A stretch of DNA of 54,729 nt from Malacoraja senta (Eukaryota). The DNA is taken from positions 1 through 54,729 of the forward strand of contig JAXLNO010000668.1 in assembly GCA_038087875.1 (NCBI GenBank), given 5' to 3'. Shown piece after piece: positions 36,984 to 48,174 of this stretch; position 1 is the stretch's first letter, and the number at the start of each line of letters is the position of its first letter. The translations under genes and the position numbers were made by a program. The notes under the pieces are model-generated. The model ran no database searches, was not told where the DNA came from, and was given only the letters and a program-made list of their open reading frames with translations.

Positions 36984-39900
36984 TTGTCTGCCATGTCCTT
37001 GTTCCCCATGATCAATTCACCTGTTTCTGACTGCAAGGGTTTTAATGTTCCATGCCAGTTTTCTTTCATAATCTATTTTCCCTTTCCTAATTAAACCCTT
37101 TGTCCTCCTCTGCTGGACTCTGAATTTCTCCCAGTCCTCTGGTAGGCTGCTTTATCTGGCTAATTTGTACGCTTCATCTTTTGTTTTGATACTATCCCTG
37201 ATTTCCCTTGTTATCCATGGATGCACTACCTTCCCTGATTTATTCTTTTGCCAAACTGGGATGAACAATTGTTGTGGTTCATCCATGCAGCCTTTAAATG
37301 CCTTCCATTGCATATCCACCGTCAACCCTTTAAGAATCAATTGCCAGTCAATCTTGGCCAATTCACGTTTCATACCCTCAAAGTTACCTTTCTATAAGTT
37401 CAGAACCCTTGTTTCTGAATTAACAATGTCACTCTCCATCCTAATGAAGAACTCAACCATATTATGGTCACTCTTGCCCAAGGGGCCACGCACAACAAGA
37501 CTGCTAACTAACCCTTCCTCATTACTCAATACCCAGTCTAGAATAGCCTGTTCACTCGTTGGTTCCTCTACATGTTGGTTTAGAAAACTATCCTGCATAC
37601 ATTCCAAGAAATCCTCTTCCTCAGCACCCCTGCCAATTTGATTCACCCAATCTATATGTAGATTGAAGTCACCCATTATAACTGTTTTACCTTTGTTGCA
37701 CGCATTTCAAATTTCCTGTTGGTGCCATCCCCAACTCCACTACTACTGTCAGAGCCTTTAATAAATCAGTCACCAATTGCTGATGAGATATTTGAGTTCC
37801 TGCTGAGGTTAGGAATCCTCTATTCCTCCATAGTTGTCCAAAGTCATGTACTACCCCGAATGCATATCTGGAATCTGTATACATGTTCACCCTTAAATCT
37901 TTCCCAACAACACATGCTCTAATCAAAGCAAACAATTCAGCCTGTTGTGCTGAATAGGGTGACTCAAAGGCAGCTGCTTCCATGCTGTTCCCATCCTGGT
38001 TTACAATAGCGTACCCAGAAAATCTCTCTCCCTGGGGCCCAATGGATGCACGTACAGTGTCGTGTCAGGGTCTTCTATAGGAGCGTCTTTTAGATCCTCC
38101 CTTACAGATGTTTCTTCATATATTATGAACAAACAGTCATGTCCTGATTCTGACTGTTCCTCTGGAGGTGAAATGAGGAAAGATGCCGGATTAATACTAG
38201 TACAGTGTCTGAATTGGAGTTTTGGATTATTCAGTAGATAGATTTCATATACGAGCCCTTGTCAGATGCTGAGTTTGTGGTTGTCCCAACAAGGCTGCCA
38301 CCGAATGGGAACTGTACGCTACTATCTCCTGCTGTAAGGTCCGGTTTGTAGCAGACTGTAGACTATTATAGATTGCTGTTAGGATCTGGGTGCATAGTGG
38401 TTGTCCTCTCGCTACTGGGTCAAGCTTTGAAGAAGAATAAGCCACTGGTCTGTATTTATCCCCATGTTTTATAGAAACATAGAAACATAGAAAATAGGTG
38501 CAGGAGGAGGCCATTCGGCCCTTCGAGCCAGCACCGCCATTCATTGTGATCATGGCTGATCGTCCCCTATCAATAACCCATGCCTGCCTTCTCCCCATAT
38601 CCCTTGGCTCCACTAGCCCCCAGAGCTCTATCTAACTCTCTCTTAAATCCATCCAGTGACTTGGCCTCCACTGCCCTCTGTGGCAGGGAATTCCATAAAT
38701 TCCCAACTCTCTGGGTGAAAGAGTTTTTTCTCACCTCAGTCTTAAATGACCTCCCCTTTATTCTAAGACTGTGGCCCCTGGTTCTGGACTCACCCAGAAC
38801 ATGAGTGAGGACTGCAGTTGAACATTCGGACAGGATGGTCCAATAAAGTTGGAAGGGTCTATCGTAGAGTGACCTTCCTCGTGCTGGAGCCTGCATTAAA
38901 GATCTCTTCAAATTCTCAAAAGCTTACTGGGCTTCTTCGGACAACTGGAATTTGCCCTCCAGGCTGGTATAAGGAGTCAATTCCTTGGTGTCTAGTGCAA
39001 TATTAGGGATCCATGGTCGGCAGTAGTTCACCAGGCCGAGCCACTGACTCATCTGCTTTGCCGCTTTTGGTAGAGGAAATTCACAAATTGGTCCAAGTCT
39101 ACGACTCTCTAGACTTCTCTCCGAAATTATCACTCCCACGACTTTTACTTTTTGTTGAGCCATTAATAGACATTAGACAATAGATGCAGGAGTTGGCCAT
39201 TCGGCCCTTCGAGCCAGCACCGCCATTCAATGTGATCATGGCTGATCATCCACAATCAGTACCCCGTTCCTGCCTTCTCCCCACATCCCCTGACTCCGCT
39301 CTCTTTAAGAGCCCTATCTAACTCTCTCTTGAAAGTATCCAGAGAACCGGCCTCCACCGCCCTCTGAGGCAGAGAATTCCACAGATTCACAACTCTCTGT
39401 GAGAAAAAGTGTTTCCTCGTCTCTGTTCAAAATGACCGACCCCTTATTCTTAAACTGTGGCCCCTGGTTCAGGACTCCCCCAACATTGGGAACATGTTTC
39501 CTGCCTCTAGTGTGTCCAAACCCTTAATAATCTTATACGTTTCAATAAGATCTCCTCTCATCCTTCTAAACTCCAGAGTGTACAAGCCCAGCCGCTCCAT
39601 TCTCTCAGCATATGACAGTCCCGCCATCCCGGGAATTAACCAGGTAAACCTACGCTGGGCTCCCTCAATAGCAAGAATGTCCTTCCTCAAATTAGGGGAG
39701 AAAAACTGCACACAATACTCCAGGTGTGGTCTCACTAGGGCTCTGTACAACTGCAGAAGGACCTCTTTGCTCCTATACTTTGGACTGAGGGACCACATAT
39801 CCTAAGGTTGCCAAGTGGTTCAATAATTGAGCGGTGTCCTGTCATCACGATTACTCTGCTCATCTAAACTAGCCACCAACAACTTGTCCACAGACTGCAC

Positions 39901-41054
39901 TAAAGTGGATTCGCTTCTAAAGTTTAAGGTTTATTAACTGTCCTTGAAGACATCGAGAAAACAAGGTGGGCGGATTAATGAATCCCTGCGATAGTCTTGT
40001 CCACGTATATTGTTGTCCCCTGTAAGTAAAGGCAAATAGGTACTGGCTGTTTCTGTTCAGGGGTAATGAGAAGAAGGCATGTTGCCGGTCTAAACATCTT
40101 GGCTTCCGATGGAATCAAAGCTAGAATATGAGCCAGGTTTGGCACCAAGGCATGCAACGGTTCTAGTGTTGCATTGACAGATCTTAAGTCCTGAACCAGG
40201 CTGTACTGGCCCTCTTTCCCTGCCTTGGGCACGGCGAGGATCGGTCTGTTGCAACGTTTCCGGTCACTCACACCTTGCAACATTTTCAGTGGTTACAGCG
40301 ACTCGATGTTTTACTGCTTTGTCTAGTTGCACCACTTCGATCGGCCCAGGGATAGGGTTCTGGCAAACCTGTCCCTGAAATCTGGACAAGCTCCCTAATC
40401 TGGATGGTGAGAATGGATTAGATTGAGAGAAGGGTGTTTGTCTTCTCTGCCCCTGATTTCTTTGCCTGTTCCCTCTCTGCTCACTCTGTGTTGGCCCCCT
40501 CCTTCCTGTCCTTGTTTCGGGCACACCCCACTCCAGTGTTGTCTTGGGGAAATTGGTTCTTGGGGAGGTGGTTCATCAGGGTGACCTGGATAATCCGGTT
40601 CTGTCGGCCTTGTCCAAACTGGCACATCATGCCTTGCTCTTGTCTGAGGGACTGTTCCAGAAATCTAAATGACATCTTGGCGCCTCCTTGTTCATTACAT
40701 ATTTAGTTTTTGCTTTAACTACTGGCGGATTCTCTTGTTTTCTAATATCTTTCCAGTGCACGGGCCATTTGATTTGCACTATTCTCTGACCATGTTGTTT
40801 GTCTTGATTGCTTCGGCCACATTAGTTGGCAGACAGTTTAACAATATTGCGCAGTATTGAGGAGAATTCGCCCCATTCCGATAATGTAAATCTCCCAAAT
40901 GATCCATATATAGTTCCGAGAACCTCTCTAGAAACTCATCTGCTTCCGCTCCATTCTTTGGTCGAGCATCCAGAATCCTAGCGATGCCTATTGGCTTTTG
41001 AAGGGCAGTTAAAACTGCATCTTCTCTTGCTTTGTTATCATGTAATGCAAGATA

Positions 41055-41269
41055 TCCATCAGAACTTCCCCCTCCATCGACTCTTTTAAGTCAAGACTAA
41101 AAACATGTCTATACTCCCAAGCCTTTCCTGACGTCCTCTGGGTGAGGGCTACATGTATATATGTATGTAGTTTGTTTTGTTTGTGCTATTCTTATAACAA
41201 ATGTAAAGCACTTTGGCCAACGAGAGTTGTTTTTTAGATGTGCTATATAAATAAATCTGACTTGACTTG
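41055..41269 (+). mobile_element. L2 3'-end fragment in gag
   Basis: Matches the L2 3' end at 47945-48174 (CCATCGACTCTTTTAAG...AAAGCACTTTGG...) and ends in GACTTGACTTG. Confidence 0.82.
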
Positions 41270-41559
41270 TTATCAGTGATTACATTAGCCAGTGCCTCGT
41301 GAGTTGGGTGTACTAAAGTGGCTACGAGCCTGGTATACTCTGTCGGAGTTAATATCTGTTGTATTCCAGCCCACAAATCTCTCGAGTCCGCGTGATACAC
41401 ACACATAGTGGTCCGGAGATAGGCCACAAAGGAAGCAGGAGATTTCTCTCCACCAGGTATTTTACTCAGTACTACCATCATCTCATTACGTTTCTATGGG
41501 GAATACACATCCATCAATATTCGAGGATTGTTTGCACCATCTGCATTAGCCAGATTAAA

Positions 41560-42961
41560 GGTACACAAAAATGCTGGAGAAACTCAGCGGGTGCAGCAGC
41601 ATCTATGGAGCGAAGGAAATAGGTAACGTTTCGGGCCGAAACCCTTCTTCAGACTGATAGGGGGTGGGGAGAAGAAAGGAAAAAAGGAAAAAGGCGGAGG
41701 AGGAGCCCGAGGGCTGGGGGAGGGGAGGAGACAACCAGATGGCTGATGAAGGGGAGGGGACAGCCAGGGCTAGCAGAATTGGGAGAATTCAACGTTCAGG
41801 CCACCAGGATGTAGACTGCCCAAGCGGAATATGAGGTGCATTTCCTCCAATTTCCGGTGTTGCTCGCTGTGGCCATGGAGGAGACCCAGGACAGAGAGGT
41901 CAGATACGGAATGGGAGGGGGAGTTGAAGTGCTGAGCCACCGGGAGTTCAGGTTGGTTATTGCGGACCGACCGGAGGTGTTCGGCGAAACGATCGCCAAG
42001 CCTCCGCTTGGTCTCACCGATGTAGATCAGCTGGCATCTAGAGCAGCGAATGCAATAGATGAGGTTGGAGGAGATGCAGGTGAACCTCTGTCGCACCTGG
42101 AACGACTGCTTGGGTCCTTGAATGGAGTGGAGGGGGGAGGTGAAGGGACAAGTGTTGCATCTCTTGCGGTTGCAAGGGAAAGTACCAGGGGAGGGGGTGG
42201 TATGGGAGGGAAGGGAAGAATTGACAAGGGAGTTACGGAGGGAGCGGTCTTTGCGGAAGGCAGACATGGGGGGAGATGGGAAGATGTGGCGAGTGGTGGG
42301 GTCACGTTGGAGGTGGCGAAACTGACGGAGGATCACTTGTTGTATGTGACGGCTGGTGGGGTGAAAGGTGAGGACTAGGGGGACTCTGCCCTTGTTGTGA
42401 GTGGGGGGATGGGGAGAGAGAGCAGTGTTGCGGGGTATGGCAGAGACCCTGGTGCGAGCCTCATCTATGGTGGAGGAGGGGAACCCCCGTTCCCTGAAGA
42501 ATGAGGACATTTCAGATGCCCTGGTGTGGAATGCCTCATCCTGGGAGCAGATGCGGCGTAGACGGAGGAATTGGGAGTGGGGGATGGAGTCCTTACAGGA
42601 AGCAGGGTGGGAAGAAGCGTAGTCCAGATAGCCATGGGAGTCGGTAGGTTTGTAGTGGATGTCGGTAAGGAGTCTATCACCTGCGATGGAGATAGTGAGG
42701 TCAAGGAATGGTAGGGAAGTGTCGGAAATGGTCCAGGTGTATTTGAGTGCCGGATGGAAGTTGGTGGTGAAGCGGATGAAGTCAGTCAGTTGTGTGTGGG
42801 TGCAGGAGGTGGCACCAAAACAGTCATCGATGTAGCGGAGGTAGAGGTCGGGGATGGGGCCCTGGTACGTATTGAACAAGGATTGTTCTACGTACCCGAC
42901 AAAGAGGCAGGCGTAGCTGGGGCCCATGCGTGTGCCCATAGCTACGCCTTGTATTTGGGGG
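41560..42961 (-). mobile_element. Penelope-like element, 5'-truncated, with 3' pseudo-LTR
   Basis: GVAMGTRMGPSYA, YLRYIDD, LPFLD, YKPTD and GIY-YIG NLIYCIRCSRCQLIYIGETKRRLGDRFAEH. 11-bp TSD GCCAGATTAAA at 41549-41559 and 42962-42972. Confidence 0.92.
41624..41652 (-). ncRNA. Minimal hammerhead-ribozyme-like core in Penelope pLTR
   Basis: Minus strand CUGAAGA-AGGG-UUUCGG-CCC-GAAAC-GUUA matches the CUGANGA / stem II / GAAA core known from Penelope-like elements. Stem I is not obvious by eye. Confidence 0.6.
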
Positions 42962-43032
42962 GCCAGATTAAACCCTGGGTTAGGCATCTCCCTAACTGGG
43001 AACTGATGGCGAGATAATTGCTCTGCCTTCAT
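41770..43032 (-). CDS. 420-aa chimeric ORF: ~24 aa of ERV Gag fused in frame to Penelope partial RT + GIY-YIG endonuclease
   Basis: The true ATG at 43030-43032 lies in gag sequence beyond the TSD. The frame stays open to the natural Penelope stop. Confidence 0.55.
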   Translation of the reverse strand: MKAEQLSRHQFPVREMPNPGFNLAPQIQGVAMGTRMGPSYACLFVGYVEQSLFNTYQGPIPDLYLRYIDDCFGATSCTHTQLTDFIRFTTNFHPALKYTWTISDTSLPFLDLTISIAGDRLLTDIHYKPTDSHGYLDYASSHPASCKDSIPHSQFLRLRRICSQDEAFHTRASEMSSFFRERGFPSSTIDEARTRVSAIPRNTALSPHPPTHNKGRVPLVLTFHPTSRHIQQVILRQFRHLQRDPTTRHIFPSPPMSAFRKDRSLRNSLVNSSLPSHTTPSPGTFPCNRKRCNTCPFTSPLHSIQGPKQSFQVRQRFTCISSNLIYCIRCSRCQLIYIGETKRRLGDRFAEHLRSVRNNQPELPVAQHFNSPSHSVSDLSVLGLLHGHSEQHRKLEEMHLIFRLGSLHPGGLNVEFSQFC

Positions 43033-43044
43033 GATTCTCCCTCA

Positions 43045-43222
43045 AGTCAAGTCAACTTTATTTGCCACACACACACATACAAGATGTACAGGTAAATTAA
43101 AGTGGCAACGCCTGCGGGATTGTGCAAAAACTACAGAACAACAGAAAAGAACCAGTATTTAATTTTAGTATTTACGCCCTGGTGAGGTCAGCGTTTACAG
43201 TCTTGATGGTCTGTGGGAAGAA
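43045..43222 (-). mobile_element. Rex1/Babar-like 3' fragment in gag
   Basis: FFPQTIKT C-terminal motif, AATAAA and (GACTT)n tail. CTCCCTCA duplicated on both sides. Confidence 0.6.
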
Positions 43223-43264
43223 CCTCCCTCATCCTCCTATATCTGACTCACTCTCAGCTTCCCC

Positions 43265-43480
43265 AGAGTCTGTGGAATTCTCTGCCTCAGAGGGCGGTGG
43301 AGGCCGGTTCTCTGGATACTTTCAAGAGAGAGCTAGATAGGGCTCTTAAAGATAGCGGAGTCAGGGGATATGGGGAGAAGGCAGGAACGGGGTACTGATT
43401 GGGGATGATCAGCCATGATCACATTAAATGGCGGTGCAGGCTCGAAGGGCCGAATGGCCTACTCCTGCACCTATTGTCTG
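43265..43480 (+). mobile_element. CR1 3' fragment in gag (antisense to ERV)
   Basis: LWNSLPQRAVEAGSLDTFKRELD..GYGEKAG followed by the CR1 3' UTR GAATGGCCTACTCCTGCACCTATT. Confidence 0.88.
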
Positions 43481-43965
43481 TTGACTGCTTCACCCTCGGA
43501 TGTCTCATCCTCATCACTAGGGGGAAGGAGGTTCTTTTTAAAGGCATGTCTTGTCTCTCTGGGTGGTTTTTTAATTCTCCCAGGTTGAGGTTGGTAAACT
43601 GGTTCTGGTGATCGCACTTTCTCTCAATATACGGGAGCTATTTTCTTGGTCTTGTTCCTTGTACTGAGCGCTACTGGGATATCTGTTAGTGCCGGAGCTG
43701 TTGGGCTCAGGGACCTCTGTGCTGGTGCTGCTGTCTGGGGAGCAGGTGATACTATAGGATCAGCAGGGGGTGTGGGTGGTGGTGCTGCAAGCACAGGAGG
43801 CCCGTGAGGTACATGAGGTGCAGGAGGTGGAGGTGACATTTAGGGGCATAAAGTGGAGGTGGCAAACTTGTCTTAATACGGATACTCTCCCAATCTTCCA
43901 AATATTCCTCGTCTCCTCCTTCCAAACCAAAGCCAAGCAACAAATCCCTCAACTATAATTCTACA

Positions 43966-44150
43966 AGGTGGACAAGAATGCTGGAGAAACTCAGCGGGTG
44001 AGGAAGACTCAAGTCTGACGTAGGGTCTCAACCCGAAACGTTGCCTATTTCCTTCTCTCCATAGATGCTGCTGCACCCGCTGAGTTTCTCCAGCATTTTT
44101 GTCTACCTTCCATTTTCCAGCATCTGCAGTTCCTTCTTAAACATTTTGTC
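43966..44150 (+). mobile_element. Penelope pLTR-derived short element with inverted repeat
   Basis: 43966-44000 is the reverse complement of 44074-44108. Matches pLTR 41560-41650. TAATTCTACA occurs at 43956-43965 and 44151-44160. Confidence 0.75.
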
Positions 44151-45294
44151 TAATTCTACATGCCACTTTTCCATCAGGAGTTCTCTTAGTCTCCCGTTCC
44201 CTATGTTCTTCATCAGCACATCCACATTCCTTTCTCAAGGCATCCATCCATTATTCCCATCATCACCTTTTAATTCTATTCCAAGTTTCAAAGCTGCCTC
44301 CTGATAATTCACCATAATTGCAGCTTCTCTACATTCTCTTAATCCTTCATAATATTGTCTCCACAGCCCAATGTTCATTTGCGGTTCTAATTTGACTATA
44401 TTGCCAAATAATCTTTTCAATATATCTCAAGCCCTCCAGGGTTCCAACCCCTCCTTCAGGCTCCTCATTTATTATTCAAAATTCCCGAGAAAGGCTTCAA
44501 TCTCTCTGCCTTCAATATGAACGCCCTGAATTTGGTAACATTTAAATCGGAAAATGTTGATCACAGTCCAGATTATACTAGACGCGTTTTCCACAGCTCA
44601 GTGTTGATTTAAAGTATCTCAGCCAATTTGACTCCAACACTGAGTTCTCAGTACCGTTTGGGACTTAAACAAACACAGGCGCAGCCTCGAACCCCCTAGG
44701 CCCCAAACCCTTCTACCCGCTAAATACTGGTCTTCAGCACCTACCCGCTTCGTGCTGGTTCCCGATGCCGATCTTTAAAGTGTTGTCTTTCCAATCGCAC
44801 TCTCAGCACTGATTCAGTACTTGCCCTCTTAGTACTGACCTTCTCAGTCCTGTCTTTGAGGATATTCTGCAAATTTATATCCCAACTCTGAGTGTGGCCT
44901 CTAACCCCAGGGTCTACCAACCCTTCAAACCTCGGGACAGATTCACTGGATTCCCGATTGCAACAGCTGTGGCCTTACCAATGGTGTGGGGCCTTTAACC
45001 CACTAGAGAAAAGCCTTTTGACCCCAACCCCCACCCATCCGGGCCTCAAACCCCTAGACGTAGACACAAACCCTCCAGGGCCTCAAACCCTCGCCCTCAG
45101 TGCTCGCTAGACTACTAATCTTCTATCGATCTCGTCGGGAATCTAAACACAAGCAGGCGAATGACCAATTCGTCGACAGGCTAGCGGAGCGGGAAAACCG
45201 ATACGAAAGTCGCACCCTGGCGCCGATTTCTCCTCCTGCGATCCGACACGACTCAATTCCCTGACCGCAAATCTATGTTTGGCAATCCGTTGAG

Positions 45295-45312
45295 ATCACG
45301 GTCGAGCCCCCA
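45295..45312 (-). promoter_or_regulatory. Primer-binding site, tRNA-Pro
   Basis: Minus strand TGGGGGCTCGACCGTGAT matches the canonical Pro PBS TGGGGGCTCGTCCGGGAT at 16/18 positions, 1 nt from the LTR end. Confidence 0.9.
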
Positions 45313-45313
45313 A

Positions 45314-46043
45314 TGTAATTCCGATCCTAACCTTACCCCCTAGTCTGGTTCAGTCAAACACCGAATACGAGCACTGGAAATCCGACTCTCTTTTCTACCA
45401 ATACAATACCTAGTCCAATACCGTGGGTCCGATCCTTGTCTCTACTTGAGCCCAACAGCCTCGTGCAAATAGAAAACACCCCCCCCCAGAAGATCGGCAC
45501 ACCCCAATGGGCTCCCCCCTCTTTTATACCCTTACAGACCCTTGGCGCGAAAATACATGGGGGGGGGGGGCAACCCCTACAAGCCAATTATCCATATGGG
45601 TTGCAGAATACATTGAATGACAGTTCCCTAACCCAATCATATAATAACATAGTTTCAACACAAAGCACTTTGGGGGAAACACGTCTGTTCGGTAAAGAAA
45701 CATTCGTCCAGGTAAAGTAAACATCTTGGGTGAGGCCTCTCTCCTGAACCAATCATCATTAGCGGCGGGAAGATTCTGCAACATTATTGTAACCCATCAT
45801 TTCCCCAACCAATCCCAAGCATGCATTTGCAAAAGGACCAAGCTCATTCTGCAAAACCCTCATATATATTAACAATTAAAGGCCATCTGGACACCAACCT
45901 CCATTCAACCGCTTCCCAGGCCACACACTCTCTGGAGCCATGATCCTCATGGTCTTTGCAGCTTATGCAAAAGATGACAAGCAGGTTTTACAGAAGCAGA
46001 AATCCTCCATTTTGTCAAGCACCCAAAATGCCTGACATTATCA
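45314..46043 (-). repeat. 5' LTR of the ERV (U3 promoter with TATA box at 45522-45528 and several CCAAT motifs)
   Basis: Direct repeat of 187-917, with about 25 substitutions plus ~10 indels by manual alignment. Adjacent to the PBS. Confidence 0.93.
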
Positions 46044-46111
46044 TTTATGATAACAGAGTAAGATGACTGCCCTGGTATTATCATTCCCCTCTTTTATTAT
46101 TTATGATATTA

Positions 46112-48174
46112 CCAGAGCCCAAAGAAGAGAGTGCAGAAAATCAGAACGGAAGTACAAATCTGATAAGCTTCAAATTTCCTTTGAACTTCTGAGAAACAAC
46201 CTTCACAAATCCCAGGAAGCAGTAAAATCTGCAAGAACAAAATACCTTTCCGCCCTTATTTCCAAAAACGCTCATAACTCCAAGGTCCTTTTTAGTACCA
46301 TCACCTCCATCATTTGTCCTGCCCCCAGCACCAGCTTAACTGGGTCCCCTGCTAAGTGCGAGGAATTTACTACATTTTTCACCAGCAAAGTTAAGAACAT
46401 CAGATCGAATATTTCCCCTCCCACCCGTGACCTGGCTGTCTCATTGGTCTGTTCTTCAAAATTAGAGTGTTTCCAACCCGTTACTCTACCCTCCCTTGTA
46501 AAACTGATCACCACCATGAAACCTACTACCTGCCCCCTCGACACTGTCCCCTCTGCCCATCTAAAGGATGTCATTACAACAGCCGGTCCCAGCATCCTCG
46601 CCATCATCAACAGTTCTCTGGCCACTGGCACTGTTCCTACTTGCTTCAAGCACGCGGTGGTCCAGCCCCTCCTGAAAAAACCTAACCTCGACCCCACCTT
46701 GCCAAGCAACTACAGACCCATTTCTAAACTGCCTTTCAAACGTCCTTGAAAAGGTAATTTTAAGTTAACTTATACCTTACCTTCACCAAAATACTATCTT
46801 GGAAACTTTCCAATCAGGTTTCAGGGCTCACCACAGCACAGAGTCTGCCTTGTTGAAGGTACACAATGACCTACTGCTCACCGTTGACTCCAGCGACTGT
46901 GCAATTCTGCTCCTTCTTGACCTCAGCGCAGCATTTGATACTGTCGACCACACCATCCTAATTGACCGTCTCCGGTATGGGGTTGGTATTGATGGCACTG
47001 CCCTGAGCTGGTTCATCTCCTACCTCAAAGGTAGGAGTTTCTCGACTAACATAGGCAACTCTTTCTCCTCCCCAGCTAATCTCTGCTGCGGGGTTCCACA
47101 AGGTTCCATCCTTGGCCCCATTCTCTTCTCCCTGTATATGCTCCCCTTAGGCCAAGTCATTCAAAGGCACGGCATATCCTTCCATTGCTACGCAGACGAT
47201 ACACAACTCTATCTCCCCCTGAACCCCAACAACCGATCAAATCTACTTAACCTTATCCACTGCCTCGAGGATATAAAGTGTTGGATGGCCCAGAACTTCC
47301 TCCAACTAAACGAGAGCAAGTCTGAGGTCATCCTTCTTACCCTCTCGGACTCAATCAAAACGATAGCAGGCAGCTTGGAAGCCTTACCCCACTACTCAAA
47401 CCTCACGTCAAGAACCTTGGCGTAATATTTGACTCAGCATTGAAATTTGACAAACAAGTCAATGCCGTGGTAAAAGCTAGCTTCTTCCAGCTTCGGACGA
47501 TAGCTAAAATAAAACAATTCCTCCAGTTTGATGACCTCGAAAAGATCATCCACACATGTATCTCCTCCCGCCTCGATTACTGCAACTCCCTTTACACTGG
47601 CATCAGCCAATCTTCCCTGTCCCGCCTGCAACTGGTCCAAAACGCCGCAGCGAGACTCCTGACGGGCACCCGAAAAAGGGACCACATCACCCCGATCCTG
47701 GCCCCTCTCCACTGGCTCCCTTTTCCGTTTCCGAATAAATTTCAAGCTCCTCCTTTATGTTTACAAAGCCCTTAACGGGCTTCCCCCCACCTACATCAAA
47801 AGTCAGCTCACCCACCACTCCACCTCCAGGTCCCTCAGATCGGCCGACTTGGGGTTGCTGAACATCCCGCGGTCTAGGCATAAGCTCAGGGGCGACCGCA
47901 CCTTTGCAGTTGCAGCTCCTAGACTGTGGAACAGCATCCCTCTTCCCATCAGAACTGCCTCCTCCATCGACTCTTTTAAGTGGAGACTTAAAACCCATCT
48001 TTACTCTCAAGCCTTTCTTGACGTCCTCTGAGGGAGGGCTATATGTATGTATGTATGTATGTATTTAATCTGTGAACCGCTGTTGTTTAACGTTAGTACC
48101 TCCACCAATGTCAAGCACTTTGGTCAACGAGAGTTGTTTATTAAATGTGCTATAGAAATAAAAGTGACAACTTG
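46112..48174 (+). mobile_element. L2-clade LINE, 5'-truncated, inserted at the outer terminus of the provirus
   Basis: [47 protein letters not shown] and SRLDYCNSL, in frameshifted segments. ATTA flanks both ends (46108-46111, 48175-48178). Confidence 0.9.

Larger units (their letters stand above)
8284..40739. repeat. Tandem array (macrosatellite-like) of six ~5.4-kb ERV-pol/CR1 units
   Basis: Units are 8284-13748 (5465 bp), 13749-19155 (5407), 19156-24550 (5395), 24551-29947 (5397), 29948-35343 (5396) and 35344-40739 (5396). The same junction CTCTTGTT|CCCGTACC occurs five times, and the ORF track repeats with this period. Confidence 0.97.
40395..44420 (-). pseudogene. gag: ERV gag, fragmented by five insertions
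   Basis: Pro-rich region with PPLY and PTAP (43693-43704). Capsid-like QFPVREMPNP..VYSP and KSPASFVAYLRTT..YHADSRDL. MHR-like RPKNGAEADEFLERF (~40910-40970). HWSGVCP knuckle remnant. Ends at GAT TAG GGA. Confidence 0.78.

Noticed and set aside
8284..40739. CRISPR-like, retron-like or diversity-generating RT system
   Set aside because: The RTs are clearly CR1 and retroviral types in vertebrate DNA. There are no short repeat-spacer units, no template/variable repeat pair and no adenine-specific variation.
8551..40860. Numerous recurrent plus-strand ORFs (e.g. MPPKWITSHLS..., MYASSFVLIL..., MNLLCTPSMAR...)
   Set aside because: These are antisense shadows of CR1/ERV coding frames. They recur only because the unit is repeated.
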